The notes below the pieces were generated by a model. That model was not told where the DNA came from. It worked only from the letters and a program-made list of their open reading frames with translations, and made no database searches. Source: an uncultured Trueperaceae bacterium (GTDB lineage: Bacteria; Deinococcota; Deinococci; Deinococcales; Trueperaceae). From it: DNA of 64,000 nt. The stretch lies in contig CAWFFU010000011.1 in assembly GCA_963815215.1 (NCBI GenBank), positions 448,001-512,000 of the forward strand, written 5' to 3'. Below are positions 19,772 through 30,546 of the stretch, one piece after another (the first letter of the stretch is position 1; the number at the start of each line of letters is the position of its first letter). A program made the translations under genes and the position numbers.

Positions 19772-21187
19772 ATGATCTCGGGACGACAACCCCTGGCCTC
19801 CATCGAAACGGAGGTCGAAAGCGAGCGCAAGGCCAATGAGGAACTGGACCGTCGCGTGGCCGAGGGCAGTGCACGCCTCATGGAGGTCGGCAAGGCGCAG
19901 ACGGCTGCCTACCGCGAGCTGGCCCGGCTGCGCGTCGGCTCGCTGGCAGCCGGGACCGTCACCGAGACGCTCGACGCCGCCGAACAGCGGGTGAGCGCAC
20001 TGTTGCGCAGCCGCGAGGCCGCCACCGAGGCGCTGGCCGACGAACTACGCACCGCCGACGAGGACCGCTCCGCGCTGGAGGCCCAGCGCGCAACGCAGGC
20101 TAGGACCCTGGAACAGGCCGCCGCCGCTGTCGACGCCGCCGAGGCGCGCACGCAGGAGCGCCTCACAGCGCAGCCGGCCTACCGCTCGCAGCTCGATCGC
20201 GCCGAGAAGCTCGACCGCATCGCGAAGCACGCCGAGGAGAAAGCCACGCGGAGCGAGCAGGAGCTGGACGAGAAGGGGCGGGCGTACCGAGAGGACCCCC
20301 TGTTCATGTACCTGTGGAAGCGGCGCTTCGGGACGTCGGACTACCGGGCCGCCCCGCTGTTCCGCTGGCTCGACGGGAAGGTAGCGCTCCTGGTGGGCTA
20401 TGCGGAGCCCCGGGCCGACTACGCCCGCCTCCTGGAGATCCCCGTGCGCCTCCGGGAGCACGCCACCGCGTCCCGCCGACGCGCCGACGTCGAACTCGAC
20501 GAGCTCGCCGAGCTCGACCGGAGAGCGCGCGCTGCCGACGGCATCCCTGCCCTCGAGTCGATCGCAGCGGAGGAGGCGCGGCGGCTCGAGACCCTGGACC
20601 GGGGGCTCGAGCAACGGGCCGCGGCGGTCCAGACGCTGCTCGATCGCAGACAGCGGTTCGCGGCCGGTGAAGACGACGCCTACCGCGAGGCGATCGACGT
20701 CCTCGCCGCCGGTCTGCGCACCGAGCAGCTCCAGGCCCTGCGCCAGGAGGCGCTGGCGACCCCCTTCCCCGAGGATGACGTGGCCATCGGACGTCTGATC
20801 GACCTGCAACAGGAACAGCATCGTCTCGAGACCGCTGCACAGGAGCTCACCGCGGCGTTGCAGCAGCATCGCGACCGCCTCCGTCAGCTCGAGTCGCTCG
20901 GCTCGGAGTTCAGGCGGCGTCAGTACGACCTGCCCGGGCACGGCTTCCAGGACGGCGCCCTGGTCGCGACTGTGCTGGCCAACGTCATCGGCGGGATGCT
21001 CTCCCGCGATGCGCTGTGGCGCGTGCTGGAGCAACAGCGCCGCTACGCCCCGCCGCGGTCCAACCCGACGTTCGGTTCCGGCGGCTTCGGCCGGGGCTCA
21101 CCCTGGGCCGGTGGGCACGGCCCACGCGGGGGCGGCGGCCATGGCGGCGGTCATGGCGGCGGGTTCCGTACCGGCGGCAAGTTCTGA
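19772..21187 (+). CDS. Uncharacterised coiled-coil protein with Gly-rich tail
   Basis: long heptads, YREDPLFMYLW core, C-terminal GGGFRTGGKF. Confidence 0.75.
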   Translation: MISGRQPLASIETEVESERKANEELDRRVAEGSARLMEVGKAQTAAYRELARLRVGSLAAGTVTETLDAAEQRVSALLRSREAATEALADELRTADEDRSALEAQRATQARTLEQAAAAVDAAEARTQERLTAQPAYRSQLDRAEKLDRIAKHAEEKATRSEQELDEKGRAYREDPLFMYLWKRRFGTSDYRAAPLFRWLDGKVALLVGYAEPRADYARLLEIPVRLREHATASRRRADVELDELAELDRRARAADGIPALESIAAEEARRLETLDRGLEQRAAAVQTLLDRRQRFAAGEDDAYREAIDVLAAGLRTEQLQALRQEALATPFPEDDVAIGRLIDLQQEQHRLETAAQELTAALQQHRDRLRQLESLGSEFRRRQYDLPGHGFQDGALVATVLANVIGGMLSRDALWRVLEQQRRYAPPRSNPTFGSGGFGRGSPWAGGHGPRGGGGHGGGHGGGFRTGGKF

Positions 21188-21453
21188 ACGCGCACCTGCT
21201 CCTGCGACCTTGACGTAGCGCGATCGAGCGCGACTGAGGGCGACCGAGCGCGACCGGCGCGCACAGGACGACCGGCCGCGGCCCTCATCGTCCTCCCACC
21301 CATCCTGCACGGTCCTTGCACCTGGCCTCCACCGCTTCCTCGAATCCGACGCCTACCCTCGGAGGCATCGGGAGGCGCCCGGAGCAACCGCCGGGTGAAC
21401 CCCGCACGGCCCCCGCCCCAGCGACCCGCGGTGCGGCCAGGAAGGGAAGGACC

Positions 21454-22131
21454 ATGACCACGATCACCCCCCATCTGAAGCGAGCCACTGTCCGGTTCGG
21501 TACGACGCTTGCCGTGGCTCTCGCGCTCGGCCTAGGACTGGCGTTCGCACAGCCCAGCATCGCCATCGGCAACCTGACGATGCAGAGCGGAACCATGGCG
21601 TCCTACCTCACGAACAGCGCCACCGGCGGCACCACCGGCCTATGCTTCCATAACAGCACCGGCAGCGGCAGCACCAGCTACGCCTGCTTCGAACGTGCTC
21701 TGAGGGTCAGCGGACTCGGCGCCATGGTGAACGGTTCGAAGCCGGTCACCGTCTTCGCGCCCACCGACGCGGCCTTCGCCCACCTCGAGGACACCGTCGG
21801 CGTCGGCGCATTCCAACGCTTCATGGCCAGCCCGACGGCTATGGCCGCCTTCGTCAGGAGCTCGATCGTGAACGGTACCATCACCGTCAACGACCTCGCC
21901 TACCACGCTCCCATCGCGACGGCCGCGACCTCCGTCACCACGGTGGCCGGGACGCCGCTCGCCGTCTCCTTCGGCTCGGTCGGCTACGGCACCTCGAGCA
22001 CTACGGTCGACGTCGGCCCTTCGGGCGCGGTCGACGGCCAGAGCTTCGTCATCGGGACCACCGTCATGTTCGCCGACGGTAGCGCACTGATCCCGCTCGG
22101 CCGCATCACCCTCACCTCCTTGGGCGCCTAG
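21454..22131 (+). CDS. Secreted fasciclin (FAS1) domain protein
   Basis: signal peptide, TVFAPTDAAF motif. Confidence 0.8.
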   Translation: MTTITPHLKRATVRFGTTLAVALALGLGLAFAQPSIAIGNLTMQSGTMASYLTNSATGGTTGLCFHNSTGSGSTSYACFERALRVSGLGAMVNGSKPVTVFAPTDAAFAHLEDTVGVGAFQRFMASPTAMAAFVRSSIVNGTITVNDLAYHAPIATAATSVTTVAGTPLAVSFGSVGYGTSSTTVDVGPSGAVDGQSFVIGTTVMFADGSALIPLGRITLTSLGA

Positions 22132-22275
22132 CGACCCCGAGAAGGACCTCGCCCCGAGGGCACGCGGAGCGAGGTTGGGCGCCGGGACCGGTGGTCCCGG
22201 CGCCCACGTCTTGCGGGCGCCCGCCGGCACGTCGCCACCGGCGACCGGCCGGCCACAACCACCGGCCGACGACCG

Positions 22276-23196
22276 TCACTCCGCCTCACCCGGGCCGAGC
22301 CGCTCCTCCCACGCCTCCAGCGACCGCGGCCAGTCCTTGCCGAGCAGCCTTGACAGCGAGCGGTCGGCGAGCACCGTGCCGCCGGTCTGACAGGTGGCGC
22401 AGTAGTTCGTCTCCCGATCGACGTAGCGGATGCGCTGCACGGGATCGCCACAGCGGGGGCAGGGCTCGCGGTAGCGACCATGTACCGCCATCCCCTCCTG
22501 GAAGGCGGTGAGCTTCGGCCAGCGGCCCCCATCGACGCCCTCCGACAGGCGCGCGATCCAGGTCGCGAGCACCTCCCGAGTGGCGTGGTGGAGGCGATCG
22601 ATCGCCTCCTCGTCGAGCGAGCTGGTGAGCGCGACCGGGGAAAGACGGGCGGCATGCAGGATCTCGTCGGCGTAAGCGCCGCCGATGCCGGCGAACAGGC
22701 TCGGCGTGGTGAGGGCGCGTTTGAGCGTGTGCCGTTCGCTCCGCAGGACCGCGGCGAAGCTCCGCCGGTCGGCCTCGAGCGGCTCCAGCCCGCCGGCGTC
22801 GTGCGGGACCAACCCCGCCTCGCCCACCACCGCGTGCAGCGATGCCATGCGCCGCGTGCCGGCCTCGGTCAGCAGCAGTGTGCCGTGCCCGAAGTCGAAC
22901 GCGGCCAGCCCGCGCTTGCCGGGCAGCCCCGCTCCGGGCTTGCCCCACGACAGGCGCCCGGCCAGCATCAGATGCAGCACCAGGAACAGCGGCGGTGCCG
23001 GCTCCTCGAACGCCAGCACCAGCCGTTTACCGATCCGGCGCGTGCCGGTGACGAGGCGCGCCCTGAAGGCGTCCAGCCCGGGCTCCACCGAGCGCAACAG
23101 GAACACGCTGCGCAGGCGCACCCCGATGAGCTCATGGCCGACGACGCGCTCCGACAGCGCCGCGCGGTAGGCCTCGATGTCGGGCAACTCGGGCAT
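22276..23196 (-). CDS. Fpg/Nei family DNA glycosylase/AP lyase
   Basis: MPELP start, HLMLAG, GIGGAYADEIL H2TH, CPRC..CATC zinc finger. Confidence 0.9.
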   Translation of the reverse strand: MPELPDIEAYRAALSERVVGHELIGVRLRSVFLLRSVEPGLDAFRARLVTGTRRIGKRLVLAFEEPAPPLFLVLHLMLAGRLSWGKPGAGLPGKRGLAAFDFGHGTLLLTEAGTRRMASLHAVVGEAGLVPHDAGGLEPLEADRRSFAAVLRSERHTLKRALTTPSLFAGIGGAYADEILHAARLSPVALTSSLDEEAIDRLHHATREVLATWIARLSEGVDGGRWPKLTAFQEGMAVHGRYREPCPRCGDPVQRIRYVDRETNYCATCQTGGTVLADRSLSRLLGKDWPRSLEAWEERLGPGEAE

Positions 23197-23524
23197 GATG
23201 CGCTCCCCTCCCGGCCCGGTCGCGGGGCGCGCCCGGGCGATCTGTGCGACTCCTCCCCCGATGATAGGGGCGCCCATCGCCCGGCGCGCGCCGGGCCCCG
23301 CCGGGGAGATAGATGAAGCGCATTACACTCCCGCCGGTGGCGCGGGCATAGTCTGAATCCGGTCCACACCTGAGGGGACCATTGAAGGGACGCTCGAGGA
23401 GGCCGCGCGCACGCCGTGGCGTTGCGACTCCCCGCCCACGCTCGGCTGCGCCGCCGCATCGGCCGCGCCCACGTACCCGCCTGCTCGCAGGCGCGGCGCG
23501 GGCGACGCCCGGGGAGGACCCTTC

Positions 23525-23872
23525 ATGAGCGACTTCTTCCACGACCCCACGACCGACGATTCAGGCGATACCTTCGTCATCCACACCGCGGACGGGCTGA
23601 CGATCGAGCTCTGTCCTAGCTGCCTGACCGTGCGGCCCCGTGGCGCGGCGGATACGTTGGCGCTGGCGCGCGTGCCCCTCAACCTCGATCGCATCGAAGG
23701 CGTGGCGGCGGGGAGCCAGGTCACCGCCCACGCCACGCACGCCCACCTGCTCACCGTCCGCCGCGAGCCCGGAGGACTCGACGTGTGCGTCAGCACGCCG
23801 CACCTCGAGGTCTTGCGCCGCCACCTGCCGATCCCGCCCCAGGTTCGACCCGCGGCCACCGGCCGGCCCTAG
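23525..23872 (+). CDS. Hypothetical protein
   Basis: SD GGGGAGG, ATG start, plausible codon use. Confidence 0.55.
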   Translation: MSDFFHDPTTDDSGDTFVIHTADGLTIELCPSCLTVRPRGAADTLALARVPLNLDRIEGVAAGSQVTAHATHAHLLTVRREPGGLDVCVSTPHLEVLRRHLPIPPQVRPAATGRP

Positions 23873-23893
23873 ACCCACGGGCGGCCCCGGGCC

Positions 23894-24700
23894 TCAGCGG
23901 TGCCGCTCGAGGCCCGCCCGCTGCAGCACCAGCGCCGCGAGCTCCTCCACCGACAGCGCGCTGGCATCCTGGAACGGGATGCCGTGGCGCCGGAACAGGC
24001 GTTCGGCCTGGCCCACCTCGAACGCGCAACGACGCTGCGCCGCGTAGGCGCTCCCGGGCCGGCGCTGCTCCCGCAGCTCGTGCAGGCGCTGCGGCGCGAT
24101 CGTCAACCCGAAGAGTCGGCCGCGGTACGGCGCCACCGGTTCCGGTAACCCGTCTCGCTCGAAGTCGTCCTCGGCCAGCGGGTAGTTCGCCGCCCGCACT
24201 CCGTACTGAAGCGCCAGGTAGAGGCAGGTCGGGCTCTTCCCGACCCGCGACACCCCGATCATCACCACTTCGGCATGCCCGTAGCGCCCCACGTTGGTCC
24301 CGTCGTCGGTGGCCAGCGAGTACTCGACCGCATCGATGCGCGCCTGGTAGCTCGCCAGATCCCGGATGCCATGGTAGGCGCCCACGCGCGCCTGCGGCGG
24401 GCTCCCGAACAGTTCCGCCAGCGGTCCCAGGAAGGGCTCGAACAGGTCGAAGTGGGCGCACGGAGCTGAAGCGATGCGCGCCCGGATCGCCGTGTCCGTG
24501 ATCGTCGAGAACACCACCGCGGTCTCGGGCAGGGCCGCGAGCTCCGAGGCCAGCGCGTCGGCACGCTGCGGCGTGTTCACGAACGGTCGCGTGGAGGTGC
24601 GGATGACCAGGCCGGCGAAGCGGGCCAGCAGGCTGTGCCCCAGCACCTCGGCGGTGACGCCGGTATGGTCCGAGACGAAGTACACCGGCCGAGCGGTCAC
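23894..24700 (-). CDS. ppsR: PEP synthase regulatory protein (kinase/pyrophosphorylase)
   Basis: VSDHTGVTAE, DDG, GVSRVGKSPTCLYLA; divergent from ppsA. Confidence 0.9.
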   Translation of the reverse strand: MTARPVYFVSDHTGVTAEVLGHSLLARFAGLVIRTSTRPFVNTPQRADALASELAALPETAVVFSTITDTAIRARIASAPCAHFDLFEPFLGPLAELFGSPPQARVGAYHGIRDLASYQARIDAVEYSLATDDGTNVGRYGHAEVVMIGVSRVGKSPTCLYLALQYGVRAANYPLAEDDFERDGLPEPVAPYRGRLFGLTIAPQRLHELREQRRPGSAYAAQRRCAFEVGQAERLFRRHGIPFQDASALSVEELAALVLQRAGLERHR

Positions 24701-24924
24701 GGGCCCTCCCAACAGCCTGGCGGCGGCCGCACCGCCCGGACTCCGCCCCCGCGGTGCAGGCGTCGTGTGGGCCGTGTACCTCGGCCGGAACACGCGGACC
24801 GCTGGGTGCGGTAGCTTGGGTCCGGACCGAGCAGGTAAAGGCCAGGGGAGCAGCGCCGCTTCGAACTATCGTCGCTTCGGACCATCGTCGCTCCAGAGCA
24901 TAGGCCGCGCCGGGAGGAGACGTC

Positions 24925-27303
24925 GTGGAGTACATCGTCCCGTTCGAGGAAGTCGGGCTCGCCGACATCGCGAGGGTGGGGGGCAAGAACGCGTCGATAG
25001 GTGAGATGATCGGCCACCTGCGCGACGCCAACGTGCGGGTGCCGGAGGGCTTCGCTACCACCGCGGCGGCGTTCGAGGCCCACCTGCACGACACCGGCCT
25101 GAAGGAGCGCATCGCTGCGTTGCTCGAGGACGTCGACGAGCAGGACGTCGGCCGCCTGAGTGAGCGGGGCCGGGAGGTGCGCGCGCTGGTGCTCGCCACG
25201 CCGCTCCCCGCCGAGCTGGCGGACGCCGTGCGTCGGGCCTACCGCGCCATGGGCGGGGTTGCCGAGGCCACCGTGGCCGTCCGCTCGTCGGCGACGGCCG
25301 AGGACCTGGCCGAGGCGTCGTTCGCCGGTCAGCAGGAGACCTTCCTCAACGTGCGGGGCGAGGCGTCGGTGCTCGAGCACGTACGCAAGGTGTACGCCTC
25401 GCTCTTCACCGACCGCGCCATCGCCTACCGGCTCCACCACGGCTTCGAGCACACCGAGGTCGCCATCTCCGTCGGCATCCAGCGCATGGTCCGCAGCGAT
25501 CTCGGCGCCAGCGGCGTGGCCTTCACGCTCGACACCGAGTCGGGGTTCGACGGGGTGGTCTTCGTCACGGCTGCCTACGGGCTCGGGGAGCTGCTGGTGC
25601 AGGGCGCGGTCAACCCCGACGAGTACTACCTGTACAAGCAGGGCCTGCGCGCCGGCAGGCCGGCCGTGCTGCGGCGGCGCCTGGGCTCCAAGGCCGAGAG
25701 GATGGTGTACGGCACGGGCGACGCCCTGGTGGAGACGGTGCCCGTCCCCGAGGACGAGCGGCGCCGCTTCGCCCTCGCCGACCCGGACCTCGCCGACCTG
25801 GGGCGCCAGGCCCTGGCGATCGAGGAGCACTACGGCCGTCCCATGGACATCGAGTGGGCCCGCGACGGCGAGGACGGCCTCATCTACGTGCTGCAGGCGC
25901 GGCCGGAGACCGTCCGGAGCCGCAGCGGCCGGGTGCTGGAGCGCTTCCGCCTGCTCGAGCAGGGCGACATGCTGGTGACCGGCCGCGCCGTCGGCTCGCG
26001 CATCGCCGCCGGCACGGTGCGGGTGATCGCGTCAGCCGACGAGATGGACCGCGTCGAGAAGGGGGACGTGCTGGTCACGGACATGACCGATCCCAACTGG
26101 GAGCCGGTGATGAAACGCGCGGCCGCCATCGTCACCGACCGCGGGGGCCGCACCTGCCACGCCGCCATCATCGCGCGCGAGCTCGACATCCCCGCCGTGG
26201 TCGGTACCGGCGACGGCAGCGAGCGGCTGGCGACCGGCGACGAGGTGACCGTGAGCTGCGCCGAGGGCGACGAGGGACGCGTCTACCGCGGGCGCCCGCG
26301 CTACGACGTGGAGCGCATCGAACTCGACCGCATGCCTCCGCTGGCCGTCGATCTGATGATGAACGTGGCCTCGCCCGATCGCGCCTTCGCCTTCGCGCAG
26401 CTCCCCAACCGGGGGGTGGGCCTGGCCCGGCTGGAGTTCATCATCAACAACGACATCGGCGTTCATCCGCGTGCTTTGCTCGCCTACCCGGACGTGCCGC
26501 CCAAGGTACGTGAGGGCATCGAGCGGCGCAGCGCGGGTTACGGCTCCCCCGCGCGCTTCTTCGAGGAGAAGATCAAGGAGGGCGTCGCCACCATCGCCGC
26601 CGCCTTCGCGCCGGCTCCCGTCATCGTGCGCATGAGCGACTTCAAGTCCAACGAGTACGCCCACCTGCTGGGGGGCGAGGCCTTCGAGCCGCACGAGGAG
26701 AACCCGATGATCGGGTTCCGCGGCGCCTCGCGCTACCGGGCGGCGAGCTTCGCCGACGCCTTCGCCGCCGAGTGCCGCGCGCTGGTGCGGGCGCGCACCG
26801 AGATGGGCCTCGCCAACATCAAGGTGATGATCCCGTTCGTACGCACCGAAGGGGAACTCCTCGACGTGTTGGAACGCATGGCGGAGCACGGCCTGCGTCG
26901 CGGCGAGGACGGTCTGCAGATCATCATGATGTGCGAGGTGCCGTCGAATGCCATCCGGCCCGACGCCTTCCTCCAACACGTCGACGGCTTCTCGATCGGT
27001 TCCAACGACCTCACGCAGTTCACGCTGGCGCTCGACCGCGACTCGGGTCTGGTAGCCGATCTCTTCAACGAACGCGACCCGGCCGTCAAGGAGCTGATGG
27101 CCAACGCCATCGGCGCCTGCCGGAAGGCGGGCAAGTACATCGGCATCTGCGGCCAGGGCCCGTCGGACCACCCGGACCTGGCTCAGTGGCTGCTGGAGCA
27201 GGGGATCGACAGCATCTCGCTCAACCCGGACACGGTGTTGAAGACCTGGCTCTACCTGGCCGGCGAGCGCGACGCCTCGGGCGCCGATCGGGTGGAAGGC
27301 TGA
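24925..27303 (+). CDS. ppsA: Phosphoenolpyruvate synthase
   Basis: [28 protein letters not shown] phospho-His, SIGSNDLTQ. Confidence 0.97.
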   Translation: MEYIVPFEEVGLADIARVGGKNASIGEMIGHLRDANVRVPEGFATTAAAFEAHLHDTGLKERIAALLEDVDEQDVGRLSERGREVRALVLATPLPAELADAVRRAYRAMGGVAEATVAVRSSATAEDLAEASFAGQQETFLNVRGEASVLEHVRKVYASLFTDRAIAYRLHHGFEHTEVAISVGIQRMVRSDLGASGVAFTLDTESGFDGVVFVTAAYGLGELLVQGAVNPDEYYLYKQGLRAGRPAVLRRRLGSKAERMVYGTGDALVETVPVPEDERRRFALADPDLADLGRQALAIEEHYGRPMDIEWARDGEDGLIYVLQARPETVRSRSGRVLERFRLLEQGDMLVTGRAVGSRIAAGTVRVIASADEMDRVEKGDVLVTDMTDPNWEPVMKRAAAIVTDRGGRTCHAAIIARELDIPAVVGTGDGSERLATGDEVTVSCAEGDEGRVYRGRPRYDVERIELDRMPPLAVDLMMNVASPDRAFAFAQLPNRGVGLARLEFIINNDIGVHPRALLAYPDVPPKVREGIERRSAGYGSPARFFEEKIKEGVATIAAAFAPAPVIVRMSDFKSNEYAHLLGGEAFEPHEENPMIGFRGASRYRAASFADAFAAECRALVRARTEMGLANIKVMIPFVRTEGELLDVLERMAEHGLRRGEDGLQIIMMCEVPSNAIRPDAFLQHVDGFSIGSNDLTQFTLALDRDSGLVADLFNERDPAVKELMANAIGACRKAGKYIGICGQGPSDHPDLAQWLLEQGIDSISLNPDTVLKTWLYLAGERDASGADRVEG

Positions 27304-27381
27304 GATCCCGGCGCCGCCCGCACGCGCTCTGCGGCGGGCCGGCCGACGCACTCACGCCGGCCGGCCCGCTACAGTGGACGC

Positions 27382-27966
27382 ATGAGCGAACCGAGCGCAC
27401 GCTCCGCTGACGTTCCCGCCCTCGCTACCGCCACCCTGGCGGGCGGTTGCTTCTGGTGTCTCGAGGCCGTGTACATCGAGCTGGACGGCGTTCGGAAGGT
27501 TGAGTCTGGGTACACCGGCGGTCACGTTGCGGCCCCCAGCTACCAACAGGTCTGCAGCGGCGCCACCGGCCACGCCGAGGCGGTGCGCATCCACTTCGAT
27601 CCCGGCGTCATCGGGTACCGCGATCTGTTGCGGGTGTTCTTCTCGATCCACGACCCCACCACCGCGGACCGCCAGGGCAACGACGTGGGCACGCAGTACC
27701 GCTCGGCGATCTTCTACCACGACGACGCGCAGCGTGCCGACGCCGAGGCGGTCATGCGCGAAGTCGAGGAAGCGGCCCTCTACGACGCTCCGCTGGTGAC
27801 CGAGCTCGAGCCTGCAGGCAGCTACTACCCGGCGGAGCCGTACCACCGCAACTTCTTCGCGCAGAACCCCGACCAGGCCTACTGCCGCGTCGTCATCGCC
27901 CCCAAGGTGGCGAAGTTCCGCAAGCAACACGTGGGCCGCTTGAAGCGACCCGTCCGCAGCGACTGA
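27382..27966 (+). CDS. msrA: Peptide methionine sulfoxide reductase A
   Basis: GGCFWC, GHAE, GTQYRS; leaderless TACAGT-N6-ATG. Confidence 0.97.
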   Translation: MSEPSARSADVPALATATLAGGCFWCLEAVYIELDGVRKVESGYTGGHVAAPSYQQVCSGATGHAEAVRIHFDPGVIGYRDLLRVFFSIHDPTTADRQGNDVGTQYRSAIFYHDDAQRADAEAVMREVEEAALYDAPLVTELEPAGSYYPAEPYHRNFFAQNPDQAYCRVVIAPKVAKFRKQHVGRLKRPVRSD

Positions 27967-27991
27967 GCGCGCCGGTCCGAGCCGGGAGACG

Positions 27992-28023
27992 GGTGCGGGG
28001 CCTGCCGTGGCAGGCCCCGCACC
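27992..28023. terminator. Hairpin between convergent msrA and cytochrome b
   Basis: GGTGCGGGGCCTGCC-GT-GGCAGGCCCCGCACC. Confidence 0.65.
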
Positions 28024-28045
28024 TTCGTCGTGGATGCAGCGGCGG

Positions 28046-29308
28046 TCAATCGCCCGGGGTGGCGTCCGATCCCGGCCCGGAGGACTCGCGCGCGGAGGCC
28101 GGGTAGATGGCGCGCAGCACGCCGTAGGCGATGGCGCCGACCACGAGCGGCCCGCCGAGCACCAACAGCCACAGCAGCCCGGTGGTCAGCCCCAGGTCCT
28201 CCTTGTACGCACCTATGGTGGCGGCGATGAAGAACGTCAGCACGCCGAACACCGTCGCCGTACGCACGGGGTGCTCGCTCGGCAGCTCGATGTAGCGCAG
28301 CTTCTTCTCCGACGGCTGCAGCAGCGGGAACGCGAAGCCGAACAGGATGAGCACCGTCGGGATGAGCACGCCGATGAACTCGGGGCCCACGAACACGCCG
28401 AACACCTTGAAGTGCCACGCCGCCGGGATCATCTTCAGGAAGCCGTAGAGCCACAGGAAGTACCAGTCCGGCTTGACGTTGGGGGTGGCCGGCCCCGGAG
28501 GCCCGAAGTGCTCGATCGGGTTGGCGTTGAACAGGCCTCCGACGAGCGCCAGCACCGCCACCATGACGGCGAAGAGCACCCCCATGATGAGCGCCTGCTG
28601 CGGCCAGAACGGCACGCCGAGGATCTTGTTGGGCGCGATCTTCTCGGCGTACTTGGGCTGGGTGTGCTTCTGGAGGAACATGATCAGCACGTGCGCGCCG
28701 ATCAGCGCACCGATGACGAGCGGCAGCCACACCATGTGGATGGCGGTCAGGCGCGGGATCGAGTGCTCGGTCGGGAAGGTCCCGCCGAAGAAGAGCTGGG
28801 CGATCCAGCTCCCGATGATCGGGATCGACGAGGCGATCTCGTAGCCGACCTTGGTGGCGGTCGCGGAGAAGGCGTCGAAGGGCAGCGAGTAGCCTGTGAA
28901 GGCGGCCACCACTGCGAAGCTCAGCAGCGCCAGGCCGATCAGCCAGTTGATCTCGCGCGGCTTCTTGTACGCGCCCGTCAACAGGATCCGTATCATGTGC
29001 AGGAAGGCAGCCGCGATGAACACGCTGGCGGCCCAGTGGTGCATGCTGCGGATCACCAGCCCGAAGGGCAACGAGTCGATGAATTGCACCGAGGCGTAGG
29101 CGGCGGGGAGCTGCTTCGCACCTACCTGCACCATGCGGATGGATGGCTCGAAGTTGATCGACAGGAAGATACCGGTGAGCACCAGGATCACGAACGAGAA
29201 CATCGTGATCTCGCCGAGGAAGAACGAGTGGTGCACCGGGAACATCTTGCGGAAGAACTTCTTGTACATCCTGGACAGAGCCAGGCGCTCATCGAGCCAC
29301 TTACCCAT
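28046..29308 (-). CDS. fbcB: Cytochrome b of bc complex
   Basis: RSMHHWAA, FLHMIR, YKKPREINW, KPDWYFLW (PDWY variant of PEWY). Confidence 0.95.
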   Translation of the reverse strand: MGKWLDERLALSRMYKKFFRKMFPVHHSFFLGEITMFSFVILVLTGIFLSINFEPSIRMVQVGAKQLPAAYASVQFIDSLPFGLVIRSMHHWAASVFIAAAFLHMIRILLTGAYKKPREINWLIGLALLSFAVVAAFTGYSLPFDAFSATATKVGYEIASSIPIIGSWIAQLFFGGTFPTEHSIPRLTAIHMVWLPLVIGALIGAHVLIMFLQKHTQPKYAEKIAPNKILGVPFWPQQALIMGVLFAVMVAVLALVGGLFNANPIEHFGPPGPATPNVKPDWYFLWLYGFLKMIPAAWHFKVFGVFVGPEFIGVLIPTVLILFGFAFPLLQPSEKKLRYIELPSEHPVRTATVFGVLTFFIAATIGAYKEDLGLTTGLLWLLVLGGPLVVGAIAYGVLRAIYPASARESSGPGSDATPGD

Positions 29309-29320
29309 GATCCACCCCCG

Positions 29321-29998
29321 TCAGCTGCATCCGACGCTCGTCATGAATCCGCCGGCCACGGCCAGCTGACCGCCGGCGATCTTGAGCGGGATGAGCGGGA
29401 GCGGTCGGGGCGCCGGACCGCCCATGACCTTGCCGTCGGCGCGCGGGTCGAACTGGGAGTGGTGGCAGGGACACAGCATCCAGCCGTTCTTGGCGTCCCA
29501 GTCGCTCACCGTGCAGCACAGATGGGTGCACACGGCCGAGTATCCGACCACGCCCTGGGCGGCGTGCGGCGCCGTATCGGGGCCGAGCTGGGTCGGGTCG
29601 AAGCGGGCCAGCATGATCAGGTTGTTGTCGGTGCCGCTCTTCACCACGCCCGACTTGGGATCCTTCGGGTAGCACAGCGTCTGCTTGGCGTTCGTCTGGA
29701 CGTCGCTCGCCTGGACCAGCCTCTTCTGGTCGTCGGCGTACACCAGCACGTCGCCGTCGGCAGGCGGCTCCTGCTGGGGAGTGGTCTTGGCGATCGGCCG
29801 GAGGCTGCCGGTGACCGTCAGCGCCGACAGGCCGGTCACCGTCAGGGCGACGGTCACGCCGACGCTCGCCTGCAGGAAGCGGCGCCGCTGGATCAGGTTC
29901 TCGCGCTCATCGGCCTCGGGCGGCTCGACGATCACCGCGTCGCCGTTGCGCTCCGGGTCCCCCTGCGGGGCAGCCGTGCGCTCGTCATCGTTCGGCAT
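29321..29998 (-). CDS. fbcF: Rieske iron-sulfur protein
   Basis: Tat RRRFL, CTHLCC and CPCHHSQF boxes, GPAPRPL. Confidence 0.95.
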   Translation of the reverse strand: MPNDDERTAAPQGDPERNGDAVIVEPPEADERENLIQRRRFLQASVGVTVALTVTGLSALTVTGSLRPIAKTTPQQEPPADGDVLVYADDQKRLVQASDVQTNAKQTLCYPKDPKSGVVKSGTDNNLIMLARFDPTQLGPDTAPHAAQGVVGYSAVCTHLCCTVSDWDAKNGWMLCPCHHSQFDPRADGKVMGGPAPRPLPLIPLKIAGGQLAVAGGFMTSVGCS

Positions 29999-30477
29999 TA
30001 CCAAGGCACCTCCGAATCCTCGGACTCGATGTGGACCTCATCGTCCTGGTAGTAGTTCTTGTACAGCATCAGCAGCCCCGCCACGCACAGGCTGATGGCG
30101 GCGAAGATGATGCCCTCCGCCGCCGGGTGGGTCTCCTGCGTCCTGAGGCTATGCACGATGGCCTGGACGAACAGCCCGGAGAGCGCGACGGCCAGCACCG
30201 AGAGCGCCATGCCCACCCACTGAGCGCGTCCGGGACGCGCCTTGTGCACGCCGGGCCGCAGCTCGGAGCCCTCGAGCCACACCGAGATGAAGCCGATCAC
30301 ACCGTAGACGAGGAAGACCATCCCCAGGCTGATGAGGCCGATCTGCCCCACCGACAGCGGTTGCGGCTTACCGCCCGACAGCGCGGTGATGTAGCGGCCG
30401 TCCATGTACGACATGAAGAACAGGGCCGCCGCGATGACGAGGGTGAAGAACGGGATCACGCGGTCGTTGCGATACAT
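29998..30477 (-). CDS. fbcX: FbcX-like 4-TM bc complex subunit
   Basis: MYRND start, 4 TM, lies between cytochrome c and Rieske as in Thermus fbcCXFB. Confidence 0.7.
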   Translation of the reverse strand: MYRNDRVIPFFTLVIAAALFFMSYMDGRYITALSGGKPQPLSVGQIGLISLGMVFLVYGVIGFISVWLEGSELRPGVHKARPGRAQWVGMALSVLAVALSGLFVQAIVHSLRTQETHPAAEGIIFAAISLCVAGLLMLYKNYYQDDEVHIESEDSEVPW

Positions 30478-30546
30478 ATCACCACCCCTTCCCACGGCCG
30501 ACGACGCCCGAGCGCGAGTGTCGCCGGCGCCGCGGGCCCATGGCGA

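Noticed and set aside
27370..27384. Leaderless TANNNT-N6-ATG starts as a novelty
   Set aside because: Well known in Deinococcus-Thermus; used only as taxonomic and start-site support
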